In this document: positions 39,609 to 49,626 of the stretch, piece after piece
Numbering within the stretch: position 1 is the first letter of the stretch
Layout of the letters: every line of letters starts with the position of its first letter
From: Candidatus Latescibacterota bacterium
GTDB taxonomy: Bacteria > Latescibacterota > UBA2968
NCBI GenBank assembly: GCA_965204375.1
Contig: OZ241986.1
Span: 4,064,001-4,128,000 of the forward strand
Reading direction: 5' to 3'
DNA length: 64,000 nt
The notes under the pieces: generated by a model
Databases searched by the model: none
What the model was told of the DNA's origin: nothing
The model's input: only the letters and a program-made list of their open reading frames with translations
Program-made: the position numbers and the translations under genes

Positions 39609-41372
39609 ATGAAAACTCGAACATTACTCACGATTCCCATTGTCGGACTGCTCGTGCTGGCCGGCGTCTTTTCCAATGCGCCGCCCGCCCTGGCAGATTG
39701 TCCACCTCCTCCCGGCATGACGCCACCTGCGGGTCCGAGCGTGACGGCGCAACAGGTGGAAAACGGAAGCGCGAGCCTGCAGGCGTTCGCGCTGGCCGCG
39801 AAAGATCGATACATAGCCCTGCACGGTGAAGTCACGGATTTTGCAGAGATACTGTACATTCAATGTCTCACCAGGCAGGAGGGAACCCCCTGGCGTTCCG
39901 GTTCCACCTACCTTGTGTACGTTACACCCGACGGCAGGGTGTTCCAACACGCGAAGAGTATGTCACTGTCGGCCAGGCTACTTAACCCCGTGATTTACGG
40001 CGCGATCCTTCAGGCCTTGGGAATCAACCCGGCGGATCTGGCTGACCCTGCTGCGGCCCACGCCGCCTTCATTGCCGCCGCAGCCGGGAATGGCGGGTAC
40101 TTCGACGTCCCCAGCATCCCGGACGCCTCCGGCTATGCCGTCATGTTTGCGCCCCATGTGATCTGGCTGGCCGGGTTCGATCTCGGTGAGGCTCACCTGG
40201 TTCCCATCGGTGATGAAGATATCGATTATGGCGACCCGTCCGTCACTGCCAGAGACGTGGTGGACCGGGAAAGCCTGAAGGCCTTCGTCACGGAAGCGAT
40301 AAATCATATTATCTCATTGTCCGGGGACAATCTCGCGCTCTCGACAGTAAGGATCGCCTTTCGGGATGAGAACGGGCCCTGGAGACACGGTTCCGTGTAC
40401 CTCTACATCCTGGAAACGACCAGCAACCTCGTCATGTTTCACGCCGCGTTCCCGGACAGATTCGAGCTTCAGCCTCTGGTGGGGATTGCCCGAGACGGCG
40501 TTACCGGAGAGCTCATTCTGCCGCAGGTCCTCGAAGCGGCGAGGAGTGACCCGGAAGGTGGCTTCGTGGAGTATTTCTACGACGACCCCGCTGACGACAC
40601 CGACAGGGCCGACATCCCCAAGGTAGGCTACGCCCGCGAGTTCACCCTTACGGGCATAAATGAAAGACCCCAAACCTTCATCATTGGGTCGGGTTATTAT
40701 GGGCGCGCACCCGACGTTGTCCCGGACGGTCCCCTTACACAAGTGGAGGCCACGGTCTCAGGCGACGCCGTCGAAGGATTGACCGTCGCGTTTGCTCAAT
40801 CCATCGCCGGCCAACAGCCCGACTACGCCTATAGTGCTGTCACCGATGCCAATGGCTATTTGTCCCTCACCATCTCCAACGCAGATGGGGTGAATGGTTA
40901 CTATACAGCCCGCGCCAGCAACGCCGATGGCGAAATCGTCGGTCAGTGGCACTCCATTCCCCTCAATCACAATCAGCGCCAGGTCCTGGAACTGCCCCTG
41001 GGCGGCGGTATGAAGATCGTAAGCGTCGGACCACTCGCCGCATCCAAGCCAATGGTCGTATCCGAGACAGAGACCGTATCCGAGACAGTACCGGAAGTTA
41101 GTGGTCTGGCACCCAACTTTCCCAACCCTTTCAACAGCGCCACCCTGATAACCTACCACCTGTCCAACCCCGGTCCGGTGCAGTTGGTGATCTACAATGT
41201 GCTGGGTCAGCCGGTACGCACGTTGGTGGATCAGTCTCAGGCCGCAGGCTCCTACCAGATTCGGTGGGATGTCCTCGACCAGCAAGGCGTCTCGCTATCG
41301 ACGGGGATCTATATCGCACGTCTGAGCTATCCCGGCGGGGTGCAGACGCAACGGCTACTCTACCTCAAGTAG
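39609..41372 (+). CDS. secreted Cache-domain protein with FlgD/T9SS-like C-terminal domain (copy 2)
   Basis: same architecture as copy 1; GGGAGG RBS before ATG 39609. Confidence 0.75.
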   Translation: MKTRTLLTIPIVGLLVLAGVFSNAPPALADCPPPPGMTPPAGPSVTAQQVENGSASLQAFALAAKDRYIALHGEVTDFAEILYIQCLTRQEGTPWRSGSTYLVYVTPDGRVFQHAKSMSLSARLLNPVIYGAILQALGINPADLADPAAAHAAFIAAAAGNGGYFDVPSIPDASGYAVMFAPHVIWLAGFDLGEAHLVPIGDEDIDYGDPSVTARDVVDRESLKAFVTEAINHIISLSGDNLALSTVRIAFRDENGPWRHGSVYLYILETTSNLVMFHAAFPDRFELQPLVGIARDGVTGELILPQVLEAARSDPEGGFVEYFYDDPADDTDRADIPKVGYAREFTLTGINERPQTFIIGSGYYGRAPDVVPDGPLTQVEATVSGDAVEGLTVAFAQSIAGQQPDYAYSAVTDANGYLSLTISNADGVNGYYTARASNADGEIVGQWHSIPLNHNQRQVLELPLGGGMKIVSVGPLAASKPMVVSETETVSETVPEVSGLAPNFPNPFNSATLITYHLSNPGPVQLVIYNVLGQPVRTLVDQSQAAGSYQIRWDVLDQQGVSLSTGIYIARLSYPGGVQTQRLLYLK

Positions 41373-41390
41373 CACCGATTTCTCATAGCT

Positions 41391-41425
41391 AAAAAAATGC
41401 CCCTGAAAATTCAGGGGCTTTTTTT
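41391..41425. terminator. bidirectional terminator
   Basis: GCCCCTGAA-TTCAGGGGC flanked by A and T runs. Confidence 0.8.
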
Positions 41426-41448
41426 GTACGCCTCTTTTTTACAACACC

Positions 41449-41955
41449 CTACTGAACCCGCATCCATGTATCAACCCATGCCCCCTCATAAGATGCCGTC
41501 ATCGTATTGCCTTCAAAAACCCACTGCTGCTCATCGTGTGCAATCTCAATTTTATCGCCCTCAACCGTAATTTTGCCCTTCACACTTTTGCCTTTGGGAT
41601 AAATCGACATCGGTGCTTCGGCAGAAGAGCGATACCCCTGGCGAACCAGCACATGCCTGGCTCGCGTAATCGCCGATGTAGAAATTTCATACGTACTGGC
41701 AGCGTAATTAAATCGCCTGGGCGTACCGTCTTTTAAGTCTTCGAGAAGATTGAGCGTAATATGTGCTTTGCGAGAACTGATTGGCACCCAAAAAAGTGAT
41801 CCTTTTATATGCGGGGCACGCAACACAGTCCCATCTTGCAACTGGCGAGTTTGCAAGACCCAGGTACCTGATAGTTGTGTTTGCATATCTGACAAACGAT
41901 CACTACAGCCCTGCAGCGCGAACGCGGATAAAAGACATATCATCAGGCGTTTCAT
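41449..41955 (-). CDS. lipoprotein, lipocalin-like
   Basis: lipobox LQGC; LSGTWVL motif; GGAG RBS. Confidence 0.55.
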   Translation of the reverse strand: MKRLMICLLSAFALQGCSDRLSDMQTQLSGTWVLQTRQLQDGTVLRAPHIKGSLFWVPISSRKAHITLNLLEDLKDGTPRRFNYAASTYEISTSAITRARHVLVRQGYRSSAEAPMSIYPKGKSVKGKITVEGDKIEIAHDEQQWVFEGNTMTASYEGAWVDTWMRVQ

Positions 41956-42040
41956 TTCGATCTCCCAGCAAGTTATCATCCGAAAAACGAACAACTACAG
42001 TATATTTTTCGATTTGCGCGCTGTCAAGCCAAAAAAGGGA

Positions 42041-42067
42041 AAAAAAAGAGCACCAAAAGGTGCTCTT
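42041..42067 (-). terminator. terminator after the sigma factor gene
   Basis: AAGAGCACC-TTTT-GGTGCTCTTTTTT on the minus strand. Confidence 0.8.
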
Positions 42068-42073
42068 AAAAAA

Positions 42074-42925
42074 TCAGGTCACTTCCAGCAACGGCTCAAG
42101 CCGTGAGCGACGGCGCGGATGGCGCAACCTGCGAAGTGCTTTCTCCTTAATTTGCCGCACGCGCTCTCGGGTCAAATTGAACCGAACGCCGATCTCTTCG
42201 AGCGTAAGCGGCTCTTCACCGCCCAGACCAAAATACAGGCGCAAAACCTCGGTCTCGCGGTCATCCAGAGACGTGAGCACATCTTTTACCTGTTCGCGCA
42301 CTGAATCCTCTACAACTTCCTCATCCGGTGCCTTTTGCGTCTTATCGGGCAACACATGCAACAAACTGTGGTCATCCTCCTCGCGGAAAGACGCATCCAG
42401 AGACCAGACATCGCGCGCGCGCATCAGCGTATCCTGAACCATCTCCACCGACACGCCGAGTTCTTTGGCCACAGTTTCGGGTTCTGGTTCGGTCTCACTC
42501 GACTGCCTCAACTCGCGCGACACCTTTGAAATATTGTGCAACAAATCAATGCGGTTAATAGGCAACCGCACAACCCGCGAATCCTGTGCCAGACTCTGGT
42601 GAATCGCCTGTCGGATCCACCATACCGCATAAGAAATAAACTTAAAGCCCCGCGTGCCATCAAAGCGCTCGGCAGCTGTCATCAGGCCCATATTGCCCGC
42701 GCTGATCAAATCCGCCAGAGGCACCCCGTGATTTTGATATTCGCGCGCCACACTCACCACAAAACGGAGATTGGCTGCAACCAGTTTATCTCTGGACCTC
42801 TGACAACCTTTGTGGATTTTCTTTGCCAGCTCAATCTCTTCTGCACTCGAAAGGGGTTCAGACGAGGCAATGTCTCGCAGATACAAATCCAGAGACTCAC
42901 TATCTTGTATCATAATTCCAGGCAA
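42074..42925 (-). CDS. RpoD/SigA-family sigma factor lacking region 1.1
   Basis: LDLYLRDI, ANLRFVVSVA, GFKFISYAVWWIRQAI, TRERVRQIKEKAL; AGGAGG RBS before TTG. Confidence 0.92.
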   Translation of the reverse strand: MPGIMIQDSESLDLYLRDIASSEPLSSAEEIELAKKIHKGCQRSRDKLVAANLRFVVSVAREYQNHGVPLADLISAGNMGLMTAAERFDGTRGFKFISYAVWWIRQAIHQSLAQDSRVVRLPINRIDLLHNISKVSRELRQSSETEPEPETVAKELGVSVEMVQDTLMRARDVWSLDASFREEDDHSLLHVLPDKTQKAPDEEVVEDSVREQVKDVLTSLDDRETEVLRLYFGLGGEEPLTLEEIGVRFNLTRERVRQIKEKALRRLRHPRRRSRLEPLLEVT

Positions 42926-42956
42926 GGGGAACCTCCTGTAAAAAATGGGGGAGCTA

Positions 42957-43523
42957 CTATAAAACAGAATGGGGAGCCGACACCTTGCGAATTTGCGCCA
43001 GGTGTTTCGTCATAAACTGATACATACTCATCGATGTGTCGCAAGCCATCAAACCCGCTCGCACATCTGAATCTTTAAACAACAGAGCCAAATTGCTCAA
43101 CACCGATAGATAAGGCACAGGAGCCGCATCGGGTACTGCAACCATGCATATCACGTGAACGGGTTCTGCATCTGGGGGAAAAGCAATACCCGTCTGAGAA
43201 ATGCCCAACGCCACACCGGGCTGAGCAACGGAGCGGCATCGCGCATGGGGCAGTGCAACACCCCTGCCCAAAACAGTACTCATCTGATCTTCTCGATCCA
43301 AAATAGTTTGCAAAAACTTCAGACTATCGACCACCTTCCTGCGCCCATAGAGCCGATCGACCAATTCTTTGATCGCCCCCAGGCGATCTTGTGATTGCAA
43401 CTCGGGTACAAGAAGCGAAACGTCAAAATGAAAAACATCGTCTTCCGGTAAAATTGTCGTTTGAGTCACCTGGCCCCCACACGCAACAAAATGCAGAATT
43501 TGCACCTTCAAACTATAAAACAT
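42957..43523 (-). CDS. PTS EIIA domain protein (Ntr/Fru-type)
   Basis: DRE..ST..G.GVALPHAR phospho-His motif. Confidence 0.8.
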   Translation of the reverse strand: MFYSLKVQILHFVACGGQVTQTTILPEDDVFHFDVSLLVPELQSQDRLGAIKELVDRLYGRRKVVDSLKFLQTILDREDQMSTVLGRGVALPHARCRSVAQPGVALGISQTGIAFPPDAEPVHVICMVAVPDAAPVPYLSVLSNLALLFKDSDVRAGLMACDTSMSMYQFMTKHLAQIRKVSAPHSVL

Positions 43524-43618
43524 TTCCTATAAAGGGAAAACAACGCATTAACATCAATAAAAACAAAATGTTAATCCCAAATATCAAAAATCCGCGATAA
43601 ACGCACTCCAAATATTAT

Positions 43619-43634
43619 AGCAATATCCGTGCCA
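43619..43634 (-). promoter_or_regulatory. sigma54 (-24/-12) promoter
   Basis: minus strand TGGCAC-GGATA-TTGCT. Confidence 0.85.
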
Positions 43635-43721
43635 AAAAATTGCCTATATACATAACTTATTGTTTATATTGAACAAAAATCAGAAAACCCGATCTCCATA
43701 TTCTTTTTTTTTCATTTAGCC

Positions 43722-43766
43722 TGCAAAAATTGCACCCTATTTTATAACCAAAATGCAAAAATTGCG
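43722..43766. promoter_or_regulatory. paired putative bEBP enhancer (UAS) sites
   Basis: TGCAAAAATTGCA (43722) and TGCAAAAATTGCG (43754), 32 bp apart, about 90-130 bp upstream of the -24 element. Confidence 0.65.
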
Positions 43767-43776
43767 TTTTTAAAAA

Positions 43777-45135
43777 TTAGCGCAGATTATACGCCTTAAT
43801 TTTGTATTGCAACGCGCGCACACTGATCCCCAACAGAGCCGCGGCCTCTTTGCGATTTGCCGTCACATGTGCAAGTGTTTTTTCGATCAACGCGCGTTCC
43901 ACGTCTGCAAGCGAAGAACCGAGTTCAACCGTTATGGTATCTGTCGCATTCTGGGCATCGCGTATTCGAGAAGGCAAATGATCGACATCCACCTTTTGAT
44001 CTGCGCAGGTTACCACAATGCGCTCAACCGTATTTTTTAACTCGCGCACATTGCCGGGCCAGAAATAAGCCAGAACCCTGTCCATCGCATCCGGAGTCAA
44101 CTCCTTGCGCGCTTTGTGGTGCAACGCACACAGATTGTCAAAAAACACATCGATCAAAAGCGGAATATCTTCGACGCGCTCGCGAAGCGGTGGCAGGCGA
44201 ATGGGCACCACATTGATGCGATAATACAAATCTTCTCTAAACCGTCCTTCTGCCACTTCTCGCTCGAGATCGCGATTCGTGACAAAAATAGTTCGCACAT
44301 CTGCGACCACCGCTTTGGTACTCCCCACCGGGCGATAGGCTTTTTCTTCTAATACGCGGAGCAAATCGACTTGATTGGGCAATGGGATCTCACCCACCTC
44401 ATCAAAAAAAAGCGTCCCGCCTTCAGCCGCGGCAAAAAAACCCGCCTTATCCGCTGTCGCGCCCGTAAACGCGCCTTTGACATAACCGAACAACTCGCTA
44501 CCAAATAACGCCTCGGCAAACGCCCCACAATTCATCGCCACCAGAGGCGCATTCCGCCGCGCACTCGCCTGATGAATTGCACGCGCCACGAGTTCTTTCC
44601 CCGTCCCCGTTTCCCCGGTAATCAAAACCGGCACATCGGTCATTGCCGCCTGCGCTAAGGTATCACAGACCTGTTCCATCGCAGCACTTCGATGCACAAT
44701 CTCTCCATTTTCGCCATTGGAATCCAGCCGCGCCCGCAATACGCGATTCTCCGCGACCAGTGCCTGGTGATCCAGCAAACGCTCCAAAGACAGGCGCAAC
44801 CGCTTCAAATCTACGGGCTTGGTCAAATAATCATAAGCCCCTCGCCGCATGGCTTCAACAGCCGTCTCCACTTCTCCATAAGCCGTAATCACAATAACGC
44901 CAATTTCGCGATTTGCACCGCGCACCCACTTCAAAAGTGATAGACCATCCTGCCCCGGCATCTTGAGATCAAAAATTGCGGCATCGTACTCATGGGCTTC
45001 CATAAGCGCTTTTGCCTGATTCCCATCATAAGCCACATCAACCCGATAACCGTCTTTGGTCATCGCCTCCCGCAGACCCTCGCAGATATAGTACTCATCA
45101 TCTGCAATTAAAATCCGAATCTCACTCGCGTCCAT
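43777..45135 (-). CDS. NtrC-family sigma54-dependent response regulator
   Basis: REC (ADDE, FDLKMP), GETGTGKE, GAFTGA, Fis HTH. Confidence 0.93.
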   Translation of the reverse strand: MDASEIRILIADDEYYICEGLREAMTKDGYRVDVAYDGNQAKALMEAHEYDAAIFDLKMPGQDGLSLLKWVRGANREIGVIVITAYGEVETAVEAMRRGAYDYLTKPVDLKRLRLSLERLLDHQALVAENRVLRARLDSNGENGEIVHRSAAMEQVCDTLAQAAMTDVPVLITGETGTGKELVARAIHQASARRNAPLVAMNCGAFAEALFGSELFGYVKGAFTGATADKAGFFAAAEGGTLFFDEVGEIPLPNQVDLLRVLEEKAYRPVGSTKAVVADVRTIFVTNRDLEREVAEGRFREDLYYRINVVPIRLPPLRERVEDIPLLIDVFFDNLCALHHKARKELTPDAMDRVLAYFWPGNVRELKNTVERIVVTCADQKVDVDHLPSRIRDAQNATDTITVELGSSLADVERALIEKTLAHVTANRKEAAALLGISVRALQYKIKAYNLR

Positions 45136-45138
45136 AAG

Positions 45139-46191
45139 TTACCTCTCAGGCACGGGCAAATACACCCGGAAAGTCGTTCCCAGTTCGGGGCGGCTCTCGA
45201 CATCGATATGCCCTCCGTGCTGATAAATGATGCGCTGGGCAATAGACAGCCCCAACCCGGTACCCTCATCCTTCGTCGTATAATAAAACTCGAAAATGCG
45301 ATCCACCTCTTCTTCCGGAATCCCGCAACCCGTATCTGTAAGCATCAAACACACCTGCCCCGACTCGGTTTGTGTTTGGGCAACCAAATCCCCACCAGCG
45401 GCCATAGACTGAAAAGCATTCACCACAATATTGAGCACAGCTTGACCGAGTTGGTCTTCATCTCCATTAATCGCGGGCAGACCGTCGGAAAGCTCCAGAC
45501 GCAACACAATGCCGCGCTCGCGTGCTTCGGGCGAAACCAGCTCAAAAACGCGGCGAACCACATCGTTGAGAGACACCTGCCGCAAATGAAGTTTGGGCGT
45601 ACGCGAAAAACGCAAAAAATTATACACGAGGCGGTCGAGACGTTTCATCTCTGTCTGCGCGATATTGAGCCGTCCCACAAGGCGTTCTTTTAACGCACTT
45701 GACAACGCGCTGAGATCCTCCTCCAACAACTGCAACTGAATATCAATCGCCCCCAGAGGATTGCGCACTTCATGGGCAACAGAAGCGGCCAAACGCCCCA
45801 ATGCCGTCATCTTTTCAACCTGAAAGATCTCCCACTCCATCCGCTTTATCTCAGACACATCGCGCACTGCCAGCACCAGACCGCCCTGCGTATTCAAAAA
45901 CGACGTACTCACGCGCAAATGTTGCAATCCACCATCGGCATTGTGGTGTACCAGATCCGTATCTGACACCAGCACCTTGTTTTTCATACCCTCGTTCAAA
46001 ATCCGCAACAACTCAGGGCGTTGGGCAAATAGCACCTCTGGCGAAGCGCCACAAACAGCCTGTTTGTCCCACCCCATCAACGCAATCAGATGTGCATTGG
46101 CCATCACGGCCCGATGTGTTTTGTCAAAAGCCACGATGCCCTCCCCCAGACCCTCCAGAATCGAAGCACTATAATCCGTAGCCATGTCCAT
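45139..46191 (-). CDS. PAS-domain sensor histidine kinase (cytoplasmic)
   Basis: PAS; AHEVRNPL; N, G1 and G2 boxes (DTGCGI, GTGLGL). Confidence 0.9.
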   Translation of the reverse strand: MDMATDYSASILEGLGEGIVAFDKTHRAVMANAHLIALMGWDKQAVCGASPEVLFAQRPELLRILNEGMKNKVLVSDTDLVHHNADGGLQHLRVSTSFLNTQGGLVLAVRDVSEIKRMEWEIFQVEKMTALGRLAASVAHEVRNPLGAIDIQLQLLEEDLSALSSALKERLVGRLNIAQTEMKRLDRLVYNFLRFSRTPKLHLRQVSLNDVVRRVFELVSPEARERGIVLRLELSDGLPAINGDEDQLGQAVLNIVVNAFQSMAAGGDLVAQTQTESGQVCLMLTDTGCGIPEEEVDRIFEFYYTTKDEGTGLGLSIAQRIIYQHGGHIDVESRPELGTTFRVYLPVPER

Positions 46192-46233
46192 GTGTGTCCT
46201 CTAAAGACGGAACGGGGTACAACTGCGTCAGCA

Positions 46234-46277
46234 GTTCATCTGCGTTCATCTGCGTTCATCTGCGTTCATCTGTGGAT
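46234..46277. repeat. decamer tandem repeat (GTTCATCTGC)x4
   Basis: minus strand begins ATCCACAGATGAACGCAGAT, the same terminus as the element at 1973. Confidence 0.85.
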
Positions 46278-46323
46278 TAATCTTAATTTGGGGATTTATA
46301 TCCAAAGCGCAAGCCCAAATATC

Positions 46324-46353
46324 TTGACACTTATACATTTGGCGTGATATTAT
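46324..46353 (+). promoter_or_regulatory. sigma70-type promoter
   Basis: TTGACA..TGnTATTAT. Confidence 0.55.
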
Positions 46354-46389
46354 TAACGGTTATAGGTTAACAACCCTCCTTTTATCTCA

Positions 46390-48057
46390 ATGAAAAACAC
46401 AAAACAAAACCTGCATCACATACTCACCACCCAGCGCGCAAGCCTGCTATCTGAATGGCAAAAGCGCGTACACCGCACATCTGTCTTGCAACTGCGCGAA
46501 GATTTTGACGGTCACACGCCCGACAATGTGCTCGAAGAGTTCTTTGATCTAATCGTCAAACAGATCACCACCAAACAGGATTATCACGTGCTCCGCCAGC
46601 GCATCTTTTCAGGCGAAATCAACGCTTTTACCCCCGATGCGGCTTGTCGATTGCTCATTGCCTTGAAGAAAACCGTTCTGAGACGCCTGAAAAATTTTAC
46701 GCACAACGCCGAAGCCATATTTGACGAAATCTTGCTGCGCATATCGGCGTACTACCACGAAATGCGTTATCGAAACCTGGCGCAAAGACAATCTCAAAAT
46801 CTGCGCCAGCGCAACATCGAAATCGCCCGCCTCCTCGCAGTGGAAAAACAGCGCGCCGCGCACCTGACCACCAACAATCGCATTGCACAAATGGCCCTAT
46901 CAACCCTCGACCCATCTGAAATTTTCAGACGCATCGTACACGAAGTACAACAGAGTTTCAATTACCAGCACGTCTCACTTTATTTTGTCGAAACGCATTC
47001 CAACCAGATGATCATGAAAGCCAGAGCCGGTGTTTATGAAAAGCACTTCCCCGAGGGATATCGCCAAAATGTGGGCGAAGGCATCGTAGGCCATGTCGTC
47101 GCATCTGGCAATCCCATCATGGCCAATGACGTGGCCAATGATCTCAGGCGTATCATTGCTTTTCCACAAGAAAAAAACACGCGCTCAGAACTCTGTGTGC
47201 CAATCAAAACAGCAGACCGTGTATTGGGCGCACTCGATGTGCTCAGTCGAAAAAAAAATGGCTTTAACTGGACCGATGTACAATCGCTCATGGTCTTGAC
47301 CGATCAACTGGCATGGGTCATCCACAACGCGCATCTCTTTCAGGAAACGCGAGAGCTCCAGGACGAACTCGTACAATCGGAACGCCTCGCTGTAATCGGC
47401 GAAATGTCTGCGCGCATAGCACACGAGATTCGCAATCCACTCGCGACAATTGGCGGCTTTGCGCGCGCGCTTCAGCGCGCCCCAACACCCGACCGCATCG
47501 ACACGGCATCGCGCATCATATCTTGTGAAGTCACGCGCCTGGAAGAACTACTGACCGACATACTCAACTACACGCGACCGCGCAAGCTCGAACTCGAACC
47601 CATCAATCTCCCGGACCTCATCACCGACATTTATCATCAGGTTGGCGAGGGCCTCGAAGGCCGGGGCATCGCCTATCGACAAAACGCACCACCTGACCTG
47701 CCTGAAATACCCTTAGATCCCGCACAATTTAAACAAGTACTCATCAACATCTTCAAAAACGCATTTCAAGCAATGCCCAATGGCGGCAAATTGCACGTCC
47801 ATATTCGAAAAAAAGAGGATCAGCCACATATCGAAATAGAAGTACGAGATACGGGACCGGGGATCCCCGCCGAAATTCAGGACGAAATTTTCAAGCCCTA
47901 TTTCACCACCAAAACCACTGGTACAGGTCTCGGATTGGTCATCAGCAAACAAATCGTCGAACGCCACGGCGGAACCCTCTCATTCACGAGCCACAGCGAC
48001 TCTGGCACCTCCCTTTTCATCCATCTCCCCGATCTCTCCCCAAGGAAATCATTATGA
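46390..48057 (+). CDS. GAF-domain sensor histidine kinase with helical (RsbRD_N-like) N-terminus
   Basis: GEGIVG..SELCVPI GAF; AHEIRNPL; GTGLGL. Confidence 0.88.
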   Translation: MKNTKQNLHHILTTQRASLLSEWQKRVHRTSVLQLREDFDGHTPDNVLEEFFDLIVKQITTKQDYHVLRQRIFSGEINAFTPDAACRLLIALKKTVLRRLKNFTHNAEAIFDEILLRISAYYHEMRYRNLAQRQSQNLRQRNIEIARLLAVEKQRAAHLTTNNRIAQMALSTLDPSEIFRRIVHEVQQSFNYQHVSLYFVETHSNQMIMKARAGVYEKHFPEGYRQNVGEGIVGHVVASGNPIMANDVANDLRRIIAFPQEKNTRSELCVPIKTADRVLGALDVLSRKKNGFNWTDVQSLMVLTDQLAWVIHNAHLFQETRELQDELVQSERLAVIGEMSARIAHEIRNPLATIGGFARALQRAPTPDRIDTASRIISCEVTRLEELLTDILNYTRPRKLELEPINLPDLITDIYHQVGEGLEGRGIAYRQNAPPDLPEIPLDPAQFKQVLINIFKNAFQAMPNGGKLHVHIRKKEDQPHIEIEVRDTGPGIPAEIQDEIFKPYFTTKTTGTGLGLVISKQIVERHGGTLSFTSHSDSGTSLFIHLPDLSPRKSL

Positions 48058-48416
48058 AAAACATCCTCATTGCCGACGACGACCAAAATCTGGCATTGCT
48101 CTACGAGCAAGAACTCACCGATGAAGGGTATCGCGTCGATGTGGTCCACGACGCGCAAACCGCGATTGAGCGCGTCAAAGAAAATCCGCCAGACCTCTTA
48201 ATACTCGACATTCGAATGCCCGGCATGGACGGCATTGAAGCCCTCAACCACATTCTGGGGATAAACAACCAGTTACCCGTTATTCTCAACACCGCCTATA
48301 GCAATCACAAAGACAACTATCTCACCTGGTCGGCCAATGCGTATGTGGTCAAATCATCGGACCTGTCTAAACTCAAAACCGCCATAAGCAATGTGCTGAC
48401 CGGTGAAAGGTCTTGA
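48054..48416 (+). CDS. single-domain response regulator
   Basis: ADDD, LDIRMP, VVKS; ATGA overlap with the kinase. Confidence 0.9.
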   Translation: MKNILIADDDQNLALLYEQELTDEGYRVDVVHDAQTAIERVKENPPDLLILDIRMPGMDGIEALNHILGINNQLPVILNTAYSNHKDNYLTWSANAYVVKSSDLSKLKTAISNVLTGERS

Positions 48417-49626
48417 CATGCCCGATGAACTGCAAAATACGCTAACCATGATCCTCGCCGGAGGCCAGGGATCGCGGCTTTATCCCCTCACGCGCAATCA
48501 GGCCAAACCCGCCGTGCCCTTCGGCGGCATGTACCGCATCATTGACTTTACCCTTTCCAACTGCCTCAACTCCAACTTGCGCCGGATATATGTTCTCACG
48601 CAATACATGTCAACATCTCTCGACCGGCATTTGCAACGCGGTTGGTCCATTTTTAATCCCGAACTCGACGAATTTATCTTTGAAGTCCCGCCTCAATTCC
48701 GCCTTGCCGGCAACTGGTATCGCGGCACAGCCGATGCCATTTTTCAAAATATCGACATCCTCGAACGCGAGCGTCCCGACCGCGTCCTCATCCTGGGCGG
48801 CGACCACGTGTACAAAATGGATTACAGCAAGATGCTCGCCTTTCACAACAACGCAAATGCCGACCTCACGGTAGCCTGCATTGAAGTACCCATCAAAAAT
48901 GCCACCGAATTGGGCGTCATGGCAATCGACGATGAATCTCGCATTGTCGGCTTTGAGGAAAAACCCGACCACCCCAAACCCACACCACACAATCCCAATC
49001 TCGCCCTGGCCTCAATGGGCATCTACATCTTCAGCACAGAAGTTCTCGTGCGCCAGCTCTCCGAAGATGCCAAACGCGACACAGCCCACGACTTTGGGCA
49101 AAACATCATCCCCTCAATGGTCGATTCGGGGCGCGTCTTTGCCTACAACTTCAAGCACGGCAATCGCAATTCGACCGTGTACTGGCGCGACATCGGCCTC
49201 CTCGACGCGTATTGGGAAGCCAACATGGACCTCGTTTCTGAAACCCCCGAATTTGACCTGCACGACCCGAACTGGCCCATCCGCACACACGCACACCCGT
49301 ATCCGCCTTCGCGCCTGCACATTCGACCGCAAAACAGTTCTCTTCTCGTCGTCGCCCAGGGATGTGTTATTGCCAATGCGCGGGTCGAGCGCTCAGTCAT
49401 CTCTGCAGGGGTTCACATAGACTCCGGCGCACAAATTACCGATTCGGTGCTCATGGAAGGCGTCAAAGTCGGTGCCAATGCCCAACTCCACCGCGTCATA
49501 GCCGACGAAGGCGTCGTCATTCCGTCCGGTACACAAATCGGGATGAACCGCGAAGACGACCGCCGGCGTTTCACTGTAACAGATGGTGGCGTCATAGCCA
49601 TTTCCCAAGGACTGCCCATTGAATAA
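48403..49626 (+). CDS. glgC: glucose-1-phosphate adenylyltransferase
   Basis: LAGGQGSRLYPLT..AKPAVPFGG, WYRGTADA, FEEKP, ASMGIY, YWRDIG; start may be ATG 48418. Confidence 0.96.
   Translation: MKGLDMPDELQNTLTMILAGGQGSRLYPLTRNQAKPAVPFGGMYRIIDFTLSNCLNSNLRRIYVLTQYMSTSLDRHLQRGWSIFNPELDEFIFEVPPQFRLAGNWYRGTADAIFQNIDILERERPDRVLILGGDHVYKMDYSKMLAFHNNANADLTVACIEVPIKNATELGVMAIDDESRIVGFEEKPDHPKPTPHNPNLALASMGIYIFSTEVLVRQLSEDAKRDTAHDFGQNIIPSMVDSGRVFAYNFKHGNRNSTVYWRDIGLLDAYWEANMDLVSETPEFDLHDPNWPIRTHAHPYPPSRLHIRPQNSSLLVVAQGCVIANARVERSVISAGVHIDSGAQITDSVLMEGVKVGANAQLHRVIADEGVVIPSGTQIGMNREDDRRRFTVTDGGVIAISQGLPIE

Larger units (their letters stand above)
37470..41425 (+). repeat. tandem duplication of a ~2 kb promoter-gene-terminator unit
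   Basis: about 100 bp upstream (37470 vs 39498), the 5' coding part, the last ~690 bp of coding sequence and the terminator region are near identical. Confidence 0.9.

Noticed and set aside
37576-41372. diversity-generating retroelement TR/VR pair
   Set aside because: differences are not adenine-specific, both copies are full genes, and no reverse transcriptase is present
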